From NCBI GenBank assembly GCA_025351825.1, contig JANXVE010000080.1:56699-88698 (forward strand): a stretch of DNA of 32,000 bases. Reading direction: 5' to 3'. Positions 27,123 to 32,000 of the stretch are shown one piece after another. The notes beneath the pieces were generated by a model. That model had not been told where the DNA came from. It did not search any database and was given only the letters and a program-made list of their open reading frames with translations. A program made the translations under genes and the position numbers. This stretch comes from Chamaesiphon sp. 341R_metabat_111. GTDB lineage: Bacteria; Cyanobacteriota; Cyanobacteriia; Cyanobacteriales; Chamaesiphonaceae. Each line of letters opens with the position of its first letter. Positions within the stretch are counted from its first letter, which is position 1.

Positions 27123-28433
27123 CTAGTTAACGGAGGTAATTCGCCAACTGTAAAACAGATAGCCGATCTCCATTACATTCCCCAAAATCATCCCAATTGC
27201 TGCTGCAATCGCACCATTTTGACCCAATTGTGATGCTAAATATGCCGAACCCAACATCACAGTTGCCCCGACCCAAGCGGCCTGATTTACGCTCCAGGTA
27301 TGTCCTTCACTGACTAAAAAACCTTGCAGTGCATTTTGGAGTGATACTAATAATGGCATTGCCGCACAGATTAATAATACCGGACGGACTCGATCGATTA
27401 ATGCTCGATCGTTACCAATAAAGTAACTAATTGCCACCTCGCTAATCGGCGATCCACTAATAACTAATAAGATTAATGAGCAGATAATCCCGACGCTAAT
27501 TGCGAATGTAATTAAGACTCGATCGGAGATTGATTTTCGATTGCGAATGATGATTTGTTGTACCATTCTAGTCGAATTGGCAATCACCAGTACCAACCCC
27601 CACGCAGCAGGCCAAGCAGCTAGAGCAATACTACCATCATTCGATCGCGCCACAATCCCTACCAGCGCAGCTCTCGCCCCCCATCCCAGCATCATCGTCC
27701 CACCCAGCGGTGCATAAAATTTCCAGACACCTGCTAGATCTTGGGGTAATTCGGGACTAAATTCAATTTCAGGTAACGTAGTCGTACCTAATTTTCGCGC
27801 CAGATAAGTAACAGAAATAGCTTCGGCAATCACGCCCCAGACTAAACTCATTCCGGCAACTACCGCGCCATTTGCTCTAAGTGTAAATCCACCAGCCAGA
27901 ATTCCACCCACAACTAATAGCCGAATTATTCCCGCTTGAGCAACGGCATTACTTTGCCCATCATGAATTAATAAGCCCTGAAAATATCTGCGCCAACCGA
28001 TCGCAAATGGCCATAAAATCACGATCGAAAGTGTCGATCGAATAGTACCGCTCAAGCTCTGTGAAACTCCCAGCCAACCCTCACCAACGATCTCAAATAC
28101 AAAGGGTAAAGTGGTCAAAGCCAGCAATAAACTCATCGCACCACTAGCAATTAGTGCAAACTGCCACAGTGCCCGCCTGGATGCCTGAGTCGGAGCCAGA
28201 GCATTACTAGCATGAAGCAACATAATTATCGGACTTTCACAGAAAATTGCGATCGCTTTTGCCACCCCAACAGCCGCAAGATTGGTTCTAGCATCGGGCA
28301 AATGAGCCAGAGTAGTCGTAGTCAGAGGATCGCCCAACGCCATCGACACATCGGACAAAGATAGCGGAATAAATTGTTGCCAAAGTCTAATAAAATTGCG
28401 ATCCACTTGAAAAATATTGAGATTTATTTCCAA
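27123..28433 (-). CDS. Polytopic (about 12 TM) membrane protein, MATE/MOP-superfamily-like
   Basis: The 436-aa product is hydrophobic throughout. The N-terminal FIPLSLSDV...LAAVGVAKAIAIF resembles MATE-type repeats; this assignment is tentative. The start is ambiguous: TTG 28433, GTG 28406, or ATG at codon 31. Confidence 0.6.
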   Translation of the reverse strand: MEINLNIFQVDRNFIRLWQQFIPLSLSDVSMALGDPLTTTTLAHLPDARTNLAAVGVAKAIAIFCESPIIMLLHASNALAPTQASRRALWQFALIASGAMSLLLALTTLPFVFEIVGEGWLGVSQSLSGTIRSTLSIVILWPFAIGWRRYFQGLLIHDGQSNAVAQAGIIRLLVVGGILAGGFTLRANGAVVAGMSLVWGVIAEAISVTYLARKLGTTTLPEIEFSPELPQDLAGVWKFYAPLGGTMMLGWGARAALVGIVARSNDGSIALAAWPAAWGLVLVIANSTRMVQQIIIRNRKSISDRVLITFAISVGIICSLILLVISGSPISEVAISYFIGNDRALIDRVRPVLLICAAMPLLVSLQNALQGFLVSEGHTWSVNQAAWVGATVMLGSAYLASQLGQNGAIAAAIGMILGNVMEIGYLFYSWRITSVN

Positions 28434-29368
28434 AAATTATGACTTTGCCAACTAACTGGAAATCCCATATCTTGAATACTCACATATGGAATATTTGGAA
28501 AACTTTTGACTAATGCCGCTAAGTCTTGAGTCCAAGAAGACTTAAAATCTATAACATTTGAAAAATGACTAAGGATACAGCAAACACTGTATATTCTGGT
28601 GTTTACGTTTTGTAGAGGTAACAATACATTAAAGTCACACATTTCATTTTCTTTAGGTAACTTTGGATTGATAGATAAGTTTAGATTCCATAGCCGTCCA
28701 TGATGAGCAATGACATTCCTAACATAATTGAGGCTACGGAGCCAACTTTCCATCAAGTTCCAATTGGGAATAGCAAATCTTGTTGCCACAGAAATACAAT
28801 CCGGTGTCTTCATCCCGCTATAAAAACGCGAAAGTAACCCAAAATCCCATAGTTCGATTGCAATCCAGATAGGAATTGAAGAACGATCTCCATATTTACG
28901 CTCATGGTGCTTGACAAATTCATCCTGTGAGCGAGCAACTGCCTCATTAAACTTTTTTTGCCACTTTTCGTAATTTGTCTGTCCAGGTCGGTTAGATGTT
29001 GTAAAACTAGATCGAAAAAGATGCTGGTTTGTATGAGCAAAAATATCGTACGCACCAAGATGCAAAGCAATTTCTGCCCGTGTTGCAATTTCTACACACT
29101 CAATGGCATCCAAAAGTAATAATTTGAGGTTTTTATCAAAGATATAGAGAGCGCATACATCTTCAAATTTACTATCGGGAAGAAAATTATCGCTTCTTTG
29201 ATTCGCGGCTATTTCCCTAAAAGGATACCAGTAGGCACTTAATCGATAGTAGCCATTACGGTGTAAATATTCCATTGCAGCTACGTCATCTGTGATTTGA
29301 AGTCCACGTTGCTTCAGTAAGGCAAGTTGGTCAGCTAATGATAGATGAGGCTTATTGTAGACTGACAA
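28424..29368 (-). CDS. Abi_2 (AbiD/AbiF-like) abortive-infection family protein with a HEPN-type Rx4H motif
   Basis: The N-terminus SVYNKPHLSLADQLALLKQRGLQI...NGYYRLSAYWYPF is typical of Abi_2. YVRNVIAHHGRLWN contains R-x4-H. The start is TTG. The gene is AT-rich and has zero CGATCG. Confidence 0.85.
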   Translation of the reverse strand: MSVYNKPHLSLADQLALLKQRGLQITDDVAAMEYLHRNGYYRLSAYWYPFREIAANQRSDNFLPDSKFEDVCALYIFDKNLKLLLLDAIECVEIATRAEIALHLGAYDIFAHTNQHLFRSSFTTSNRPGQTNYEKWQKKFNEAVARSQDEFVKHHERKYGDRSSIPIWIAIELWDFGLLSRFYSGMKTPDCISVATRFAIPNWNLMESWLRSLNYVRNVIAHHGRLWNLNLSINPKLPKENEMCDFNVLLPLQNVNTRIYSVCCILSHFSNVIDFKSSWTQDLAALVKSFPNIPYVSIQDMGFPVSWQSHNFWK

Positions 29369-29396
29369 GATACTATATCAAAATAGAATTAGAGAA

Positions 29397-29425
29397 CCCG
29401 CCCAAATGCAAAAGCAAAGGGCGGG
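29397..29425 (-). terminator. Putative rho-independent terminator of menB
   Basis: On the minus strand the stem is cccgccc-N15-gggcggg, followed by ttctctaattctatttt. It lies about 85 nt after the menB stop. Confidence 0.45.
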
Positions 29426-29509
29426 CCATATTACTTACCATTATAGTATGGTCATAGTAGATGTGTCAACAGCTCAAATAATATTTCTGTTTTGGTTAAC
29501 TGACTGAAA

Positions 29510-30343
29510 TTATGGCAACCAGGGATACTGCCGAAAATTAGGTTGACGTTTTTCCAGGAATGCTTGCTTGCCCTCGGCACCTTCCTCGGTCATGTAATAT
29601 AGTAGCGTTGCATTACCAGCCAATTCTTGCAAGCCAGCCTGTCCATCACAATCGGCATTGAGAGCCGCTTTGAGACAGCGAATTGCGATCGGACTCTTGG
29701 CGAGTATCTCCTGTGCCCATTCTACCCCGACGGATTCCAACTTGTCGATCGGCACCACACAATTGACCAAACCCATGTCCAAAGCTGCTTGAGCGTCATA
29801 TTGACGACAGAGATACCAGATTTCCCGCGCTTTTTTTTGGCCGACAACTCGTGCCAGATAACTTGCCCCAAACCCACCGTCGAAACTACCGACTTTTGGC
29901 CCTGTTTGCCCAAAGATCGCATTGTCAGCCGCAATAGTTAGATCGCAAATCAAGTGTAGAACTTGACCACCACCGATCGCATAGCCTCCAACTAGGGCTA
30001 TTACCGCCTTGGGCATCGATCGAATCAATCTCTGGAGGTCTAGGACATTCAGGCGCGGAATCCCGTCTGCGCCCTGATAACCCCCATGTCCGCGCACCGA
30101 TTGATCGCCACCAGAGCAGAAAGCATATTTACCATCGGTATGTGGGCCTGCACCTGTGAGCAATACTACGCCAATAGTGGTATCTTCCCGCGCATCACAA
30201 AAAGCATCATACATCTCAAATACCGTCTGTGGCCGAAACGCATTGCGTTTTTCGGGACGGTTAATCGTCACTTTGGCGATGCCATCGGCTTTATGATAGA
30301 GAATATCGGTATATGTTTTGACCGATCGCCAAGTGATTTCCAT
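29510..30343 (-). CDS. menB: 1,4-dihydroxy-2-naphthoyl-CoA synthase (phylloquinone/menaquinone pathway)
   Basis: The 277-aa crotonase-fold product contains [11 protein letters not shown] and GGYAIGGG, and matches MenB along its full length. Confidence 0.96.
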   Translation of the reverse strand: MEITWRSVKTYTDILYHKADGIAKVTINRPEKRNAFRPQTVFEMYDAFCDAREDTTIGVVLLTGAGPHTDGKYAFCSGGDQSVRGHGGYQGADGIPRLNVLDLQRLIRSMPKAVIALVGGYAIGGGQVLHLICDLTIAADNAIFGQTGPKVGSFDGGFGASYLARVVGQKKAREIWYLCRQYDAQAALDMGLVNCVVPIDKLESVGVEWAQEILAKSPIAIRCLKAALNADCDGQAGLQELAGNATLLYYMTEEGAEGKQAFLEKRQPNFRQYPWLP

Positions 30344-30439
30344 GCTTGAACCAATAACCGAACATGGTTTAGTTTAACGCTGCACGCGATCGCAGAGACG
30401 ATCGATGTCTAAATACTTATTACGAGTCTTGACAATCCA

Positions 30440-30898
30440 CTATTCTTGCTTAAGTAGACGAGGATCGAAGGTAAAAGCTGCTGTCTCGTGAAGAGTTATT
30501 TGAGAAAAATCTGGGTGTTTTGGATTAAATAAATAATTATATTCTTGCTTACTGACGATCGAAGGGACTCGCAAAATAGCAGATTTATTATCTCTTATCC
30601 ATCGATCCCCAATTACTTTAAACTCATCTGGTGACGCACTATTCAGCCAGGTTTGAGATAGATCTATCTCACTGACGATACTTACTTGAAACGTAGCTTC
30701 AGCACAAACAAAGTTATTCTTTACTTGTCGGGCATCCAAATGAACTAAAAGTTCTAAAGTAGCTAGGGATAGAGATTGAGCTGTATAAACGACTCGATTG
30801 CCTTGAGAATTCCACCGACCTCCATTGAGAAAAGCACCTTCTCCAGTGAATATGCAATCTTTAAACGCATCAGCGCATATTCTCGATACTGTAATCAA
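30440..30898 (-). CDS. RES-domain toxin (NAD+-targeting; ParT/MbcT family)
   Basis: GEGAFLNGGRWNSQGNRVVYTAQSLSLATLELLVH supplies the R, E and S signature context. It overlaps the upstream antitoxin gene by 4 nt. Confidence 0.85.
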   Translation of the reverse strand: MITVSRICADAFKDCIFTGEGAFLNGGRWNSQGNRVVYTAQSLSLATLELLVHLDARQVKNNFVCAEATFQVSIVSEIDLSQTWLNSASPDEFKVIGDRWIRDNKSAILRVPSIVSKQEYNYLFNPKHPDFSQITLHETAAFTFDPRLLKQE

Positions 30899-31179
30899 TT
30901 ACAGACTCCGTAAGCAATGTCGATTAGTACTTGCGCCACTCGATCGATTCCAGCCTTTGTTCCTACAAAATAAAATGGTGGGACATTATCTAATGCTCTA
31001 TTCGGTGTTTGTAACCAATCTTCAACTGTTTTCTCATCTCCTCTGAATATCCGTCTCGCAACCGCTAGGATCTTGTTGTCTATGTCTGTTTCTAATTCTG
31101 TATCATCCTCTAGCACTGATTTGTCTGGGTCTTGATGCTGCTGTTTGGGTGTCCGACGAAGAATGTTTGCAGTTGTCAT
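30895..31179 (-). CDS. Xre/DUF2384-type antitoxin of the RES toxin (ParS/MbcA-like)
   Basis: The 94-aa product has the C-terminal W(L)QTPNRALDNVPP...GTKAGIDRVAQVLIDIAYG pattern of DUF2384. Its stop overlaps the toxin start (ATGA). Confidence 0.8.
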   Translation of the reverse strand: MTTANILRRTPKQQHQDPDKSVLEDDTELETDIDNKILAVARRIFRGDEKTVEDWLQTPNRALDNVPPFYFVGTKAGIDRVAQVLIDIAYGVCN

Positions 31180-31251
31180 AATTTCTGGCTCTCATCTGGC
31201 GTTAACGTACAAATCATGTGAGTCCATCATACCAAAACTTGTTGTAGTTGT

Positions 31252-31737
31252 TTAGTCTAAGTATGCCGAACCATCTTTGTGGGTAAAAGCCCATTTGCCA
31301 TCGACAAATAGTGCCTGAAGATCGTCATCGGGATATGTACCCATATCACCAGTACTGCGATCGCCAACTTCCAGATAAACGACTTCTGCACTGGTACGAT
31401 TAATTAACTGATGTCCATCGCCATTGCCAGCTTTAAATCCCGCGCACATCCCTGGTGCTAGTGGTGTGGCTCCAGCATCAGTAATTAACACTGGATGACC
31501 TTGTAGAATGTAGATGAATTCATCTTGCTGAGTATGAGCATGTCGTAGTGCTGACTCACTGCCAGGTTGAAGTCTTGTTAAATTCACTCCAAAATTTGCC
31601 AACCCAAACAAATCACCTAGAGCGCGTTTTTCCCTACCGATCATCCGCGATGCAAATGGCTCTGGATAGTTCGATTGTCGGACTCGTGGCTCAACTTTGT
31701 CAGCGACAACAGCTACAGGCAAGTTTCGATCGATCAT
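31252..31737 (-). CDS. Cupin-domain protein (COG3837-like)
   Basis: FGVNLTRLQPGSESALRHAHTQQDEFIYILQG...GFKAGNGDGHQLINRS matches the cupin_2 core. I prefer the ATG at 31737 (MIDRNLP) over the ORF-track start at 31791. Confidence 0.8.
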   Translation of the reverse strand: MIDRNLPVAVVADKVEPRVRQSNYPEPFASRMIGREKRALGDLFGLANFGVNLTRLQPGSESALRHAHTQQDEFIYILQGHPVLITDAGATPLAPGMCAGFKAGNGDGHQLINRTSAEVVYLEVGDRSTGDMGTYPDDDLQALFVDGKWAFTHKDGSAYLD

Positions 31738-31823
31738 AAGTTTAATCGTAGGGTGTGTCACTTCATAGGATAACCCACCAAGTCGCCCCAACGAATTTCC
31801 GATCCCCCATCACCTTTCCCTAC

Positions 31824-32000
31824 ATGACTACTTGGCAAGCAGATATTTCTAGTCGCCCTCAGCAAAATGAGCAGGGCGAAACGCTGTGGGAACTGGTTAT
31901 TTGTGCTGCCGATGGGGGCTGGCATCACACGGCTACTTGTCCCCAAAAACAGGTAAATGCGGATTGGATTGCGACACAAATCCAGTTAGCCGCAGGGGAT
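31824..32000 (+). CDS. Tab2/DUF1092-family RNA-binding protein, N-terminal fragment (continues beyond the window)
   Basis: Manual translation gives MTTWQADISSRPQQNEQGETLWELVICAADGGWHHTATCPQKQVNADWIATQIQLAAGD. This fits the W..D..SRP...E.G...WEL.IC...CPQ..VN pattern of cyanobacterial Tab2 homologues. Confidence 0.55.
   Translation, partial: MTTWQADISSRPQQNEQGETLWELVICAADGGWHHTATCPQKQVNADWIATQIQLAAGD

Noticed and set aside
31758-31979. 73-aa minus-strand ORF.
   Set aside because: It overlaps, in antisense, the recognisable Tab2-like N-terminus and the cupin upstream region, and has no motif support.
1-32000. A search for tRNA, rRNA, tmRNA, transposase, integrase or prophage content.
   Set aside because: I found no T-loop-type GGTTCGAAT/GTTCAAAT motifs in cloverleaf context, no rRNA-like stretches, and no ORF with transposase or integrase motifs. 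The repeat elements are non-autonomous.

Overview
The window looks like a cyanobacterial chromosome segment. Supporting evidence is an acyl-ACP reductase (alkane pathway), a Tab2/DUF1092 N-terminus, a FraH-like zinc-ribbon/FHA protein, and a very dense CGATCG (HIP1-core) palindrome.

Most of it is housekeeping, in alternating strand blocks:
- Minus: lepA, bestrophin-like membrane protein, secreted hypothetical, aroC, lipB, lone sugar-type ABC permease.
- Plus: aar, accA, SDR, folE. This is the conserved alkane-cluster neighbourhood, but without ado.
- A 47-aa DUF2256 zinc-ribbon gene that the ORF track missed, then a TrmJ/SpoU-like methyltransferase.
- Minus: pilB, pilT, pilC plus a trailing 198-aa orphan.
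- Plus: grpE, dnaK, dnaJ, tusA-like, dnaN.
- Minus: a tandem pair of FHA genes.
- Plus: a small membrane ORF and mutL.
- Minus: MATE-like membrane protein, Abi_2/HEPN gene, menB, RES-Xre toxin-antitoxin pair, COG3837-type cupin.
- Plus: start of a Tab2-like gene, running off the window.

Accessory or defence-type content is limited to higB (left edge), the CGATCG-free AT-rich Abi_2 insertion beside menB, and the RES/Xre pair.

The most distinctive non-genic signal is a set of 7-8 nt tandem repeat families (GGCTTTA, TGGTTTAG, TAGTGAA, CTCCTAA, CAATTCT, C-rich octamers).
- They sit flush against start and stop codons.
- They often form inverted arrays that fill whole intergenic spacers, including every spacer of the pil cluster.
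- One related G-rich unit lies in frame inside mutL.
- Small hairpin-type dispersed repeats (MITE-like) fill the dnaK-dnaJ spacer and two other 3' regions.

I found no rRNA, tRNA, CRISPR array, transposase or integrase. No clearly novel multi-gene system is evident. The best candidates for follow-up are listed as findings, with hedged scores.
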